Source: an uncultured Desulfosarcina sp. | GTDB lineage: Bacteria > Desulfobacterota > Desulfobacteria > Desulfobacterales > Desulfosarcinaceae | DNA: 64,000 bases | NCBI GenBank assembly: GCA_963674945.2 | Contig: CAXXWQ010000003.1 | Span: 1,472,001 to 1,536,000, forward strand | Direction of reading: 5' to 3' | Part shown: positions 38,015-48,018 of the stretch, piece by piece | How the letters are laid out: every line of letters starts with the position of its first letter | Numbering within the stretch: position 1 is the stretch's first letter | Program-made: the position numbers and the translations under genes | The notes under the pieces: model-generated | Database searches by the model: none | The model's input: only the letters and a program-made list of their open reading frames with translations | Told to the model about the DNA's origin: nothing

Positions 38015-38236
38015 CATAGAGTATCATATACACGTATAACATCTTCTACACAATAAATGAATTGGGCTTAATCATAGTGGGTTAGCCGAAGACAGGGATT
38101 CGCTCTGTTTATAATTCTATACAGACAACGTTTCCATCGACTCCCTTCTTGATCTGTCTACCAATTCATTTCCCAGAAAAATTACAAGTAGATAGGCCTT
38201 TTTATCAAACAAAACCGAACTGGCAGCAGTTTTGCT
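38015..38236 (+). promoter_or_regulatory. Sigma54 promoter and enhancers of cassette 2
   Basis: TGGCAGCAGTTTTGCT (38221-38236, GG-N10-GC); TGTTTATAATTCTATACA (38106-38123); tandem sites at 38015-38050. Confidence 0.78.
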
Positions 38237-38787
38237 AATAAATTGTATTAAGTCAATAAATGATCTTAAACAAATAAAATCCATACAAAATTTTCAATTT
38301 TTCGCGAATCCGCCATTTATCTAATGGCCTGTATAGGTTGTATCTATTGTCCATAACAACTGCTTCATATCCGCCTGATCGCGGCCCGGCATGTTTGATC
38401 GCGTTCTTCTTATCAACATGTGTATCAATATGCATGCCAGGCAAGCGATATATGGCACCATTAAAAATGGCAAACACCCATTTTCCTCGGGATGTCAGAC
38501 TTTTCAAATATACGATTCTTTCCAAGAGAAGTAGAAAAAAAATAGCACTCTTTCAAATACTCTTCTTTATGAAAATGTATTTTGTTCTCTTCGTGAAGAT
38601 ACTTACAAAAAAATATCAGAAAACCCTTTCCAGTTCCGGGATGCATCTGGTTGGCACCTTGAATCGGACTGACAGAAATACTGATAATTCTTCAACGATA
38701 GCATCGTGTTCCAAAATCGAGAGAGAAAATAAGCAGCTACAAACCGGGAGGATTTGATTCTCAACATTTTGAAAGGGGGAGAAGCAG

Positions 38788-40341
38788 ATGAAGTACAAAC
38801 AGGCGCGAAAACAATTGTTTTTCGGTACCGTTCTGGTGGTTGCCATCCTATTCCTTACCGATTCTGCAATGGCATTGAATTGGGATTTCAACAACGGAAT
38901 GTCTCTGGATTGTGACATTACCATCGGCTACGCAGCCGGGGTGCGTACCGGCGACAGGGACGAAGAGCTTTTGGCTGCCAATGTGAATGGGGACGACGGA
39001 AGCCAAAACTTCGACCAATGGGACATGATCAACAACCGGTTCAGCATCATCGCCGACATGGACGTAAACTATAAGGATTCATACGGCGTATTTGTTCGAC
39101 CACGTGCCTATTATGATTTCGCTTATATGGGAACCAATTCAAACGAAAGCCCCACCACGAACAACAACTATGTCGCCGGCGTCATCGATAACACGGACGA
39201 TTGGCCGGAGGATGTCGAGGATGTACACGGAAACAAGGCGGAGATTTTAGACGCCTTTGCCTATGCCGGATTCGAAGTCGGCGGTGGACGTTACCTGGAT
39301 CTTCGTGCTGGAAGGCAGGTGATCCAATGGGGTGAAAGCCTGTACGTTCAGGGAGGGATCGCCTCGGCCATGGCATGGCTGGATACCATTACCGCCAATG
39401 CGCCGGGAACCGAAGTGAAAGAGTTTTTGAGTCCTACGGGAGCGGTATCGGCACAGATGGATCTTACCGGATCCATTGCCGTCGGCGCTTTTTATCAGTG
39501 GGAATGGGAAAAGCACCGATTAAATGAATCCGGTTCCTTTTTCAGCGACAAGGACTTTCTGGATGAAGCGGGCAATGCCTACCTGTACGAAGCTGCACCG
39601 GGCGTCATCATTCCGGTCATGGAACGAAGAAAGGATCTGGACAAGGAGCCCGATGACCAGGGGCAGTATGGCTTCAACGTGATGTACAGGGCCAGCTGGC
39701 TGGGGGAAACGGAATTCGGCCTCTACTTCATCAACTATCACGAAAAACTTCCCGTCTTCAACACGGATCCCGCCAACGGATTATATTTCATAACCTATGC
39801 CGAAGACGTCAAGCTGTACGGTTTCAGCTTTAGCTCTCAGATAGGAACGGCAAATATCAGCGGTGAGTTCAGCTATCGCCAGGATTTCCCCGTTGCCACG
39901 ACCGAAGGCATCGAGGAGGCCGATTACTGGCAGGCCCAGCTGTCCTGGCTCTACTCTATCACCTTTCCCGGAGTCGATCGATTGGCCTTCCAGGGCGAAG
40001 TCGGCTGCAACCAGGTCCAGGATTATTCCGATGAAGATCTCTCCGCGCAGGACAAACACAAATTCGCCTGGGGGTTTGTGGCGGTGCTGAGTCCGGAATG
40101 GTATCAGGTCCTTCCGGACCTGGATATCTCCGTTCCCCTTGTTTACAAAGGCAACCCGGAAGGCAACTCGGTCAATACACTCACATTCGATGAGAAGAAC
40201 GACAGCGGGTCCGTCGGTGTGCAGTTCACCTATAAAAATGCGATCAAGGCCAGCTTGAAATATGTCAATTACTTCAACAGCATGGACAATTCCTTTTCAG
40301 ACCGCGACTATGCCGCATTCGATATCAAATATTCCTTCTAA
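38788..40341 (+). CDS. DUF1302 family outer membrane protein (cassette 2)
   Basis: NGDDGSQNFD, RAGRQVIQWGES, FYQWEWE, YFINYHEK, DRDY, C-terminal KYSF; paralog of 17106-18626. Confidence 0.85.
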   Translation: MKYKQARKQLFFGTVLVVAILFLTDSAMALNWDFNNGMSLDCDITIGYAAGVRTGDRDEELLAANVNGDDGSQNFDQWDMINNRFSIIADMDVNYKDSYGVFVRPRAYYDFAYMGTNSNESPTTNNNYVAGVIDNTDDWPEDVEDVHGNKAEILDAFAYAGFEVGGGRYLDLRAGRQVIQWGESLYVQGGIASAMAWLDTITANAPGTEVKEFLSPTGAVSAQMDLTGSIAVGAFYQWEWEKHRLNESGSFFSDKDFLDEAGNAYLYEAAPGVIIPVMERRKDLDKEPDDQGQYGFNVMYRASWLGETEFGLYFINYHEKLPVFNTDPANGLYFITYAEDVKLYGFSFSSQIGTANISGEFSYRQDFPVATTEGIEEADYWQAQLSWLYSITFPGVDRLAFQGEVGCNQVQDYSDEDLSAQDKHKFAWGFVAVLSPEWYQVLPDLDISVPLVYKGNPEGNSVNTLTFDEKNDSGSVGVQFTYKNAIKASLKYVNYFNSMDNSFSDRDYAAFDIKYSF

Positions 40342-40435
40342 TTGAATGAGAAGATCGAAGCCGCGTGAATATACCCATGAATAGGCAATCAACGAATATA
40401 TAATCAAACGGAGTTCATAAGGGAGGGTCAACAAT

Positions 40436-41830
40436 ATGGTCGCGAAGCATACACGCTTTTTTCTTCTGGTCCTGGCAATTGGCATCCTGGCGCCGTCGCC
40501 GGCGACGTTTGCCAAGCAACCGGCCGAAAAGGCCGAACTGTTGAAAACAGATCTCACCCCTTTCGGTGCCGCGCGCGCCGGTAATGCGGAGGGGACCATC
40601 CCGGCCTGGGAAGGCGGCTTGACCGCGATTCCCGACAATGTAGACTATACACCCAAATCCGGTGATCTGAAGCCGGACCCCTTTGCCGATGATCAGATCA
40701 TGTTTACGATCACGGCGCAAAACGTGGATATGTACAAAGACAAACTGAACCCGGGGCAGATCGCTCTTCTCAAAAAATATCCGGATTCCTACAAAATCCA
40801 TGTGTATCCGTCCAGACGCACCGAGGCCGCGCCGCAGCGGGTTTACGACAACACATACAAAAACGCCATCAATGCCGAGCTGTCCGAAGACAAATGCAGC
40901 GCCCTGAACGCCTATGGCGGGATTCCGTTCCCACTTCCCACCGAAGGGGCCGAAGTCATGATCAATCACAATGCCAAATGGGAGGGGGGCGGCGACACGA
41001 GGGAAACGGCCGCCAACTACATCATCCAGGCCAATGGTTCCATCACCAACGGCGGAACGGCAGACTATTACTTTGACCGCCCGTATTATGAAAAAGGCGG
41101 AACGATGGAAACATGGGACGGATGGCTCGTCAACCTCCTGTTCGAGTATACCGAACCTGCCCGACGAAAAGGGGAAATCATTCTTGCAAAGACGCCGATC
41201 AATTATGACGCAATGTCCAAGGCCACCTGGCAGTATATGACCGGTCAACGGCGGGTACGGCGCGCGCCCAGCATCGATTATGACACACCGAACCCCTCCT
41301 CCGGTGGCATCTATACCTATGACGACGCCTATTCGTTTAACGGCAAGATCGATCGTTGGGACATGAAGCTATTGGGAAAGAAAGAGATGTTCATCCCTTA
41401 CAACGACTACCGGTTCGACTTTCCTCCGGTCGAAGAGGTGTTGCACAAGTTCCACCCCAACCCAGAATATGTACGCTGGGAGCTTCACCGGGTCTGGGTC
41501 GTGGAAGCAACCCTGAAAGAGGGCAAGCGCCACATCTATGGCAAACGGGTCTTTCATGTTGACGAAGATACCTGGTTCAACGTTGTGGAGGACAAATACG
41601 ACACACGCGGTAACTTGTGGCGGACGAGCTACTGTACCAATTATGCGAAATACGATGGCGGCGATGTCATCGGGCTGGGCCGCCGCGCAGGGATCTTTTT
41701 CGATTTCCAGGGGGACGCCTACGCCGCCGGATACATGGTCAACGGGTTGGGGAAAAACGTCCTGTCCGAAGAGCCGAACCCAAGCGAGTGGTTTGAACCG
41801 GCCTATGTACGTAAGCTAGGCAGACGATAA
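40436..41830 (+). CDS. DUF1329 family periplasmic protein (cassette 2)
   Basis: LTPFGAARAGNAEGTIPAWEGG, GQRRVRRAP, RWELHRVWVVEATLK, DEDTW. Confidence 0.9.
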   Translation: MVAKHTRFFLLVLAIGILAPSPATFAKQPAEKAELLKTDLTPFGAARAGNAEGTIPAWEGGLTAIPDNVDYTPKSGDLKPDPFADDQIMFTITAQNVDMYKDKLNPGQIALLKKYPDSYKIHVYPSRRTEAAPQRVYDNTYKNAINAELSEDKCSALNAYGGIPFPLPTEGAEVMINHNAKWEGGGDTRETAANYIIQANGSITNGGTADYYFDRPYYEKGGTMETWDGWLVNLLFEYTEPARRKGEIILAKTPINYDAMSKATWQYMTGQRRVRRAPSIDYDTPNPSSGGIYTYDDAYSFNGKIDRWDMKLLGKKEMFIPYNDYRFDFPPVEEVLHKFHPNPEYVRWELHRVWVVEATLKEGKRHIYGKRVFHVDEDTWFNVVEDKYDTRGNLWRTSYCTNYAKYDGGDVIGLGRRAGIFFDFQGDAYAAGYMVNGLGKNVLSEEPNPSEWFEPAYVRKLGRR

Positions 41831-41960
41831 CCGTTTGATTGATCAGCAAAAAAAGAAATAGCATATTTTTTGGCGCTGTCTCTTTCGGATGCGGGGCCAC
41901 CCAAAAAGGTCACCCACATCTTCAAGGGAGGCAAGAGGAAATCAGCGGGTAAAGGAAACA

Positions 41961-43151
41961 ATGATGTCCGCAATCGATCCCCGGGAACCAATGATTACCA
42001 GTCGCTCCATGGCAAAGTGTTCTTTGTACCTGTCGGCACTGTTTTTCTGCATTGTCGGCGCGGCGTTTCCGACGCAGCCCTCCCAGGGAAGAAAAGACAA
42101 CCGTGACCCTTTGGATCTGCTGCATTCACCTGCAATGATCTCTGATGATGCGGCATCTTCCGCGCTTATGGATGTGTGCCGCATCGACAACCGCCTGATT
42201 GCCGTCGGCGAACGGGGGTATATCCTCTACTCGGACGACTCTGGAAAAGCCTGGACCCAGGCATGGGTGCCGGTGAGCGTGACCTTGACGGCCGTAACAT
42301 TCCCTTTTTTCCAGGTGGGTTGGGCCGTAGGCCACGACGGCGTCATTCTTCACAGTCAAGATGGTGGCGTGACGTGGAAAAAGCAACTCGACGGCAGGGA
42401 GATCAACCTTCTGATGATGGCAAAACTGGCGCCCCTTATCCAGGAGAAGGAAAACCGCCTTGCCGATACCGATGAAAAAGAACGCGACGAAATCGAACGC
42501 AACCTGGAGAATTTGGAATATTTTCTGGATGACGTCAAGATGGCCGTCGAAGAAGGTCCGACCCGGCCGCTGATGGATGTGTGGTTCAAAAACGGACGGG
42601 AAGGTTTCGCCATCGGTTCCTTTGGCATGCTTTTGCAAACCACGGACGGTGGAGAAAACTGGGTATCCTTGCTTGACCGTATCGACAACCCGGATGGATA
42701 TCACTATTACGGGATATGCCGCTCCGGTGATGCCCTGTACATCGCCGGAGAGGCGGGAATGCTGTTTCGCTCCGATGACTGGGGAGAAACGTGGATCCGC
42801 CTCGCATCCCCTTACGAAGGGTCCTTTTTCGGAATTGCAGGGTCCGACGACGGCAGTGCGGTCGCCGCTTTCGGGCTTCGGGGCAGCTTGTTTCTTTCTT
42901 ACGACGGGGGAAACACCTGGGATCGGGTGGACCATGGCAAAAAGGCGTCGATTTCTGCCGGCGTCTTTATATCAGATGATACCTTGGTTCTGGTCTGTGT
43001 GGACGGATCGATTCTTCTCAGTCGGGACAAAGGAAGAACATTTACAGCGTTTGCCCAACGCTTTCCCGGCAGTACTTCGGTTGCCGAATCAAATGATCAT
43101 CATATCGTAGTAACGGGGCTAAGGGGAGTGATGCGCTTTGCTCGCCAATGA
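41961..43151 (+). CDS. YCF48/BNR-repeat protein (cassette 2)
   Basis: AVGERG, VPVSVTLTAV, GWAVGHDG, DGGxxW repeats, SPYEGSFFG. Start chosen behind AAGGA; 42009 is also possible. Confidence 0.88.
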   Translation: MMSAIDPREPMITSRSMAKCSLYLSALFFCIVGAAFPTQPSQGRKDNRDPLDLLHSPAMISDDAASSALMDVCRIDNRLIAVGERGYILYSDDSGKAWTQAWVPVSVTLTAVTFPFFQVGWAVGHDGVILHSQDGGVTWKKQLDGREINLLMMAKLAPLIQEKENRLADTDEKERDEIERNLENLEYFLDDVKMAVEEGPTRPLMDVWFKNGREGFAIGSFGMLLQTTDGGENWVSLLDRIDNPDGYHYYGICRSGDALYIAGEAGMLFRSDDWGETWIRLASPYEGSFFGIAGSDDGSAVAAFGLRGSLFLSYDGGNTWDRVDHGKKASISAGVFISDDTLVLVCVDGSILLSRDKGRTFTAFAQRFPGSTSVAESNDHHIVVTGLRGVMRFARQ

Positions 43152-43223
43152 AATATCGAAAAATCCCAATTGTCGCCGGGTATTGATCCGTTCCGTAAAA
43201 ACGCCAAAACAAAGAGACGATAG

Positions 43224-45626
43224 ATGTCACCTGAAGATAAAAAAAATCCCTGGATTGAAACACTGCTTTTTTCGCAACGTCCGCTTGTTCTTTGCCTGTT
43301 TTTCGTGCTTACCGTCGTGTTTGGGAACAAGATGCTGCAGCTCAAACCAGAGGCCAGCTTTTTGCGCATGATCCCAACGTATCATCCCTATATCCAGAAC
43401 TATATCGCCCACCAGGACGACCTGAAAGGATTGGGGAATACACTGCGTATCGCGGTTGAGACAACCGGAAAGAATATATTTACCAAACAGTATCTCGAAA
43501 CGGTCAAAAACATGACCGACGATGTATTTTTCGTTTCCGGCGTGGATCGCGCCGCACTGAAATCCCTCTGGACGCCGATTACCCGGTGGAGCGAAGTCAC
43601 GGAGGACGGATTTGCCGGGGGTGCGGTGATTCCCGATACCTATGACGGAAGTCAGCAAAGTTTGGACCAGGTGCGCCTGAACGTATTGAAGTCAGGCGAG
43701 GTAGGATCACTGGTTGCCAATGATTTCAAATCCAGTGTGATTCTCGTTCCCCTTCAGGATATCGATCCGGAAACGGGGGCGCCGCTGGACTATCAACAAT
43801 TCTCATCCAAACTGGAGGAGATCAGAAGCAAATACACGAGCGATACGATCAGGATTCACATTACCGGTTTTGCGAAAGTCGTGGGTGATCTCATCGATGG
43901 ATCCACACGCGTTTTGCTTTTCTTTCTCATCGCATTCATCATTCTTCTGGGTATTTTATACTACAACTCCAAATGCCTGAAGAGTACCGCGATGCGAGCC
44001 GTCTCTTCCATGGTCGCCGTGATATGGCAACTGGGGATCATGAAACTATTCGGTTATGGATTGAACCCGTACTCCATGCTCGTTCCTTTTCTCATGTTTG
44101 CGTTGGGTGTAAGCCATGGGATTCAGATGTTCAATGCAATGGCCCATGAGATGGTGCGGGGAAGGGACAAGGTCACGGCAGCACGTCTCGCATTCCGGCT
44201 TCTGTACAAACCGGGCTTTGCCGCCCTGTTTACGGATTGTATCGGTTTCGCCTCATTGTTCATCATCCGCATCGGCGTAATCCAGGACATCGCCGTGGGC
44301 GCCAGCATCGGTGTCGCCGTGGTGGCATTTACCGATCTGATGCTGCTGCCGGTATTGATGTCCTATTCCGGCATTAGCGATAAAACCATCAGAACGGTCA
44401 AACACAGGGAGACCGGCAGCCGGCACCAGTTCTGGTCCCTGTTATCCCGGGCGACAGAGCCAAGGTACGCCGCCCTCGTCATTGTTCTTGCGATCCTTGG
44501 TACGGTCGGAGGGTTTTGTTTGCGGCAGGATCTGAAAATCGGCGACCTGGATCCGGGCGCACCCGAACTGCGTCAGGATTCACGCTACAACCGGGACAAC
44601 GATTTCATGAACGCCCACTACTCGGCCAGCAGTGATATTTTCATCGTGATGCTCAAGACGCCGCCGGCAGGCAACAGTGACTATCGAGCGGTGGTTGCAA
44701 CGGACAGACTCAAATTGCGCCTGGAAGATTTGCAGGGTGTCCAAAGAGTCAAATCCCATGTGGACTATCTGAAGCTGCTCAACGCCGCATTCAACGAGGG
44801 GAATCTGAAATGGTTCGCCATCCCCAGAAGCAAGGTCGCCTTGGACAATATGGTTCTGAAAATCCCTGAAAATGTTGTCAGTCAAAAAGGCAGCCTCACG
44901 CCCATCATTGTATTTTTGAAAGACCACAAGGCCGAGACCCTCCAACAGGTTGTTCATGCCGTGGAAGAATTTGCGGCCCAATACAACGGCGACGACTTTC
45001 AGTTCCTGTTGGCCGCGGGAAATGCCGGTATCGAGGCGGCCACCAATATCGAGGTGAAGCGCGCCATGATGACTCTGACATTACTGGTTTACGGCGTCGT
45101 TATTTTCGTGTGTGTCGTCACCTATCGATCGGTTCGCGGCGCCCTTTGCGTGTGTATCCCCTTGTGTTTGACATCGATCCTGTGCGAAGCACTGATGGCA
45201 AAGATGGGCATCGGTGTCAAGGTCGCCACCTTGCCGGTCATTGCCGTGGGCGTGGGTATCGGCGTGGATTATGGCATTTATATCTACAACAAGCTTTTTT
45301 TCTATCGCACGCAGGGCCATCCCCTAAAAGCGGCGTACTACCGAACCCTCAACACGACCGGAAGAGCCGTTTCGTTCACCGGTATTACGCTGTCCATCGG
45401 CGTTGCTACGTGGGCCTTTTCTCCCATCCGCTTTCAGGCGGACATGGGCATTTTGCTCACCTTCATGTTCTTGTGGAACATGGTGGGCGCAATGGTGCTG
45501 TTACCGGCGCTTGCCAGGTACCTGTTAAAGGATACACTGGAAATCGCCGGGGTCACCGCTGATCCCCCTGCCCGAAAAAAAGCGAAGGGGATCTCTTCCA
45601 GTCAGGAGTTTTCCACCCAACCATGA
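43224..45626 (+). CDS. RND/MMPL family transporter (cassette 2)
   Basis: Close paralog of 21429-23780 with the same motifs. Confidence 0.9.
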   Translation: MSPEDKKNPWIETLLFSQRPLVLCLFFVLTVVFGNKMLQLKPEASFLRMIPTYHPYIQNYIAHQDDLKGLGNTLRIAVETTGKNIFTKQYLETVKNMTDDVFFVSGVDRAALKSLWTPITRWSEVTEDGFAGGAVIPDTYDGSQQSLDQVRLNVLKSGEVGSLVANDFKSSVILVPLQDIDPETGAPLDYQQFSSKLEEIRSKYTSDTIRIHITGFAKVVGDLIDGSTRVLLFFLIAFIILLGILYYNSKCLKSTAMRAVSSMVAVIWQLGIMKLFGYGLNPYSMLVPFLMFALGVSHGIQMFNAMAHEMVRGRDKVTAARLAFRLLYKPGFAALFTDCIGFASLFIIRIGVIQDIAVGASIGVAVVAFTDLMLLPVLMSYSGISDKTIRTVKHRETGSRHQFWSLLSRATEPRYAALVIVLAILGTVGGFCLRQDLKIGDLDPGAPELRQDSRYNRDNDFMNAHYSASSDIFIVMLKTPPAGNSDYRAVVATDRLKLRLEDLQGVQRVKSHVDYLKLLNAAFNEGNLKWFAIPRSKVALDNMVLKIPENVVSQKGSLTPIIVFLKDHKAETLQQVVHAVEEFAAQYNGDDFQFLLAAGNAGIEAATNIEVKRAMMTLTLLVYGVVIFVCVVTYRSVRGALCVCIPLCLTSILCEALMAKMGIGVKVATLPVIAVGVGIGVDYGIYIYNKLFFYRTQGHPLKAAYYRTLNTTGRAVSFTGITLSIGVATWAFSPIRFQADMGILLTFMFLWNMVGAMVLLPALARYLLKDTLEIAGVTADPPARKKAKGISSSQEFSTQP

Positions 45627-45712
45627 CGGTTTCGTAAAAAGTCTCTTTTCATTTTTATTGATGAACGAGTTCCTTAGAAGTCCGAAATCTGACTTTTTTT
45701 AGAGTTCATCAA
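45624..45712. repeat. REP/MITE-like element with TGACGGTTTCGTAAAAAGTC...GACTTTTT termini
   Basis: Terminus resembles the 27032 element; supplies the RND stop codon; internal TTGATGAAC/GTTCATCAA IR. Confidence 0.55.
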
Positions 45713-45901
45713 CCATAAGACCGCCACTAAATTTTTTCGTGTCGGTTGACAGAAAAATTTTTCATACTACATTGTAGCAATGGGTGTGCTCTATCCCCTA
45801 TTTCAGCAATATCAGACTTCCAGTTCTCTTGGGAATCCATAGCGTCAGCTGAAATAGGGGCAAACCAATCTTTGACGAAATCGTCATTTTCAATTTTTTG
45901 A

Positions 45902-46624
45902 ATGAGCACGATGAATACAACACAAGAAGCAAAGACCATCCTGGTTGTCGAGGATGACGAAAACACCCGATCTCTCATTGCCTTGTACCTGGAAAGAGAG
46001 GGTTTTATTCCCGTAACCGCCGGCGACGGGGAAAACGGTTTACGCTTGGCCGAGCATCACCGCCCCGCACTGGTGATTCTCGACCTGATGATTCCCAAGG
46101 TGGATGGATGGGAGGTGTGCCGCAAACTGCATCAGGATTCATCCGTACCGGTGATCATGCTAACCGCCCGCGATGAGGAGATCGACCGGGTGGCAGGCCT
46201 CACCCTCGGTGCAGACGATTACGTGGTCAAGCCCTTCAGCCCTCGCGAACTCATGGCCCGGGTCAGGGCCGTCCTGCGCCGTACGGCACCGCAACCGGAA
46301 AGGAAAAAACGCGTGCGGTCCCACGGACCGGTGCGGCTGGATCTGGAAATGCGCAGGCTCACCGTAGACAATCGGGAAGTGGTCCTCACACCACACGAAT
46401 ATGCGCTGCTGGAGGCCCTCATGACCACACCCGGACGGGTATTTACCCGCGACGAATTGTTGGACCACCTCTACCCCAATAGCGAGGCAATGGTCATCGA
46501 CCGGGTGGTGGATGTGCACATCGGAAAGCTGCGGCAAAAGATCGAACCCGTCCCGTCCAAACCATGCCGTATCCTCACCGTCCGGGGAATCGGCTATCGT
46601 TTTGCCGACAGCCAGGCCAATTGA
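45902..46624 (+). CDS. OmpR family response regulator
   Basis: ILVVEDD, LDLMIP, LTAR, GADDYVVKPF, VDVHIGKLR, TVRGIGY. Confidence 0.95.
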   Translation: MSTMNTTQEAKTILVVEDDENTRSLIALYLEREGFIPVTAGDGENGLRLAEHHRPALVILDLMIPKVDGWEVCRKLHQDSSVPVIMLTARDEEIDRVAGLTLGADDYVVKPFSPRELMARVRAVLRRTAPQPERKKRVRSHGPVRLDLEMRRLTVDNREVVLTPHEYALLEALMTTPGRVFTRDELLDHLYPNSEAMVIDRVVDVHIGKLRQKIEPVPSKPCRILTVRGIGYRFADSQAN

Positions 46625-46628
46625 AACG

Positions 46629-47729
46629 ATGTTCAAACGCTACCTGATCGTCAAACTCCTGGCCGTTAACCTGCTGGTTGCCGGCTTCGCCGTGGCCGTC
46701 GTCTGGCTGGCCATCGATACCCTGGCCGCCGGCTACTTCGTCACCCTCATGGAGAAATACCACATCTCTCCGGAACCGGCCCATGCCCTGTTCGTGGATT
46801 CGGTTCACCGCTATCTCGTTTGGGCGCTTGCCGGTGCCATCGCCCTGGCCATCGGACTCAGTTATCTGATCAACCGGCGCGTTCTCGGGCCGCTGACCCG
46901 CATGACCGCCAACACAAGGGAGATTGCCGCCGGTGATTTCACGACACGGATTCCCGTTACCACCACCGATGAGGTGGGTCAATTGGCGAAGGCCTTCAAC
47001 CGAATGGCGGAGAATCTGGAGAAAATCGAACGACTGCGCCGAACGTTGATGATCGACGTGGCCCACGAACTGCGGACACCATTGACCAACATCCGCGGGT
47101 ATCTGGAAGCGCTCAACGACGGCGTGTTGCAACCGGATCCAGAGACCCTCGCCCTGCTCCAGGCGGAGACCCTGCGCCTTGCCGGCCTGGTGGAAGACGT
47201 ACTGGATCTGGCGCGTGCCGATGCCGCAGGCGGCCGGCTCAACCCGCAGTCGTTAGATCTTATACAGATGATCGAAGAGGCCTTGGAGACTTTTTCCCGG
47301 AACATCGCGGAAAAGAGGCTTACCGTAAAGGTAGACCACCTCCCGACCCACAATGGTATCCAAGCCGACCCGAACGGGCTGACCCGGATACTTCGCAACC
47401 TCATGGACAACGCCGTTCGCTATGCGCCGGCCAAAACCAATGTGACGATTCGCATGGCAGAGAAAGAACGAAATATCTTTGTAGATTTCCAAAACGAAGC
47501 CGAAAATCTTTCCGTAGAAGACATCCCCTTTCTTTTCGAACGTTTCTATCGGGGGGAAAAATCCAGATCCAGAAACCACGGCGGTGCCGGCATCGGACTA
47601 TCCATTGTCAAGGAGCTGGTCGCGGCACATGGGGGAACGGTCCATGCACGGTTGGAAAAAAATCGGGTTCATATCGGCTTCATGCTTCCGGCCGTTGGGG
47701 AAAACCCTTCGTCAACGAACAGAGGTTGA
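46629..47729 (+). CDS. HAMP-domain sensor histidine kinase (BaeS-like)
   Basis: Two TM helices, DEVGQLAKAFN, AHELRTPL, NLMDNAVRY, FERFYR, GAGIGLSI. Confidence 0.93.
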   Translation: MFKRYLIVKLLAVNLLVAGFAVAVVWLAIDTLAAGYFVTLMEKYHISPEPAHALFVDSVHRYLVWALAGAIALAIGLSYLINRRVLGPLTRMTANTREIAAGDFTTRIPVTTTDEVGQLAKAFNRMAENLEKIERLRRTLMIDVAHELRTPLTNIRGYLEALNDGVLQPDPETLALLQAETLRLAGLVEDVLDLARADAAGGRLNPQSLDLIQMIEEALETFSRNIAEKRLTVKVDHLPTHNGIQADPNGLTRILRNLMDNAVRYAPAKTNVTIRMAEKERNIFVDFQNEAENLSVEDIPFLFERFYRGEKSRSRNHGGAGIGLSIVKELVAAHGGTVHARLEKNRVHIGFMLPAVGENPSSTNRG

Positions 47730-48018
47730 CGATTTCGCCCCATTTTTTATCACGACTGCTTGCAGCTTTTCCATAAACTGATCATAACACCTTAGTAGAA
47801 TTGGACAATATCTCCTCGAGGTGATTCTTTTGCCCTCCTTGTAAAACCTGGTCGAACAAATTTTTCGTTTTAACGCTTTTTTGAGGCTTGAATTATTTTG
47901 GTCTTTTCGTTTATTTTCCAAAAATCACACAAAGCGCCCATTGCTGTTGGACTTCGCGAAATCAGCACGTTGAAATCAGACATGAGTGCCAAACGATTGA
48001 CTCCCGACGCGGGGAGAC

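Noticed and set aside
38253..38757. Short ORFs in the cassette 2 leader
   Set aside because: No RBS, atypical composition, and no recognisable family.
21429..45626. Gene conversion between the two RND paralogs
   Set aside because: Frequent synonymous differences in the stretches compared; consistent with an older duplication.
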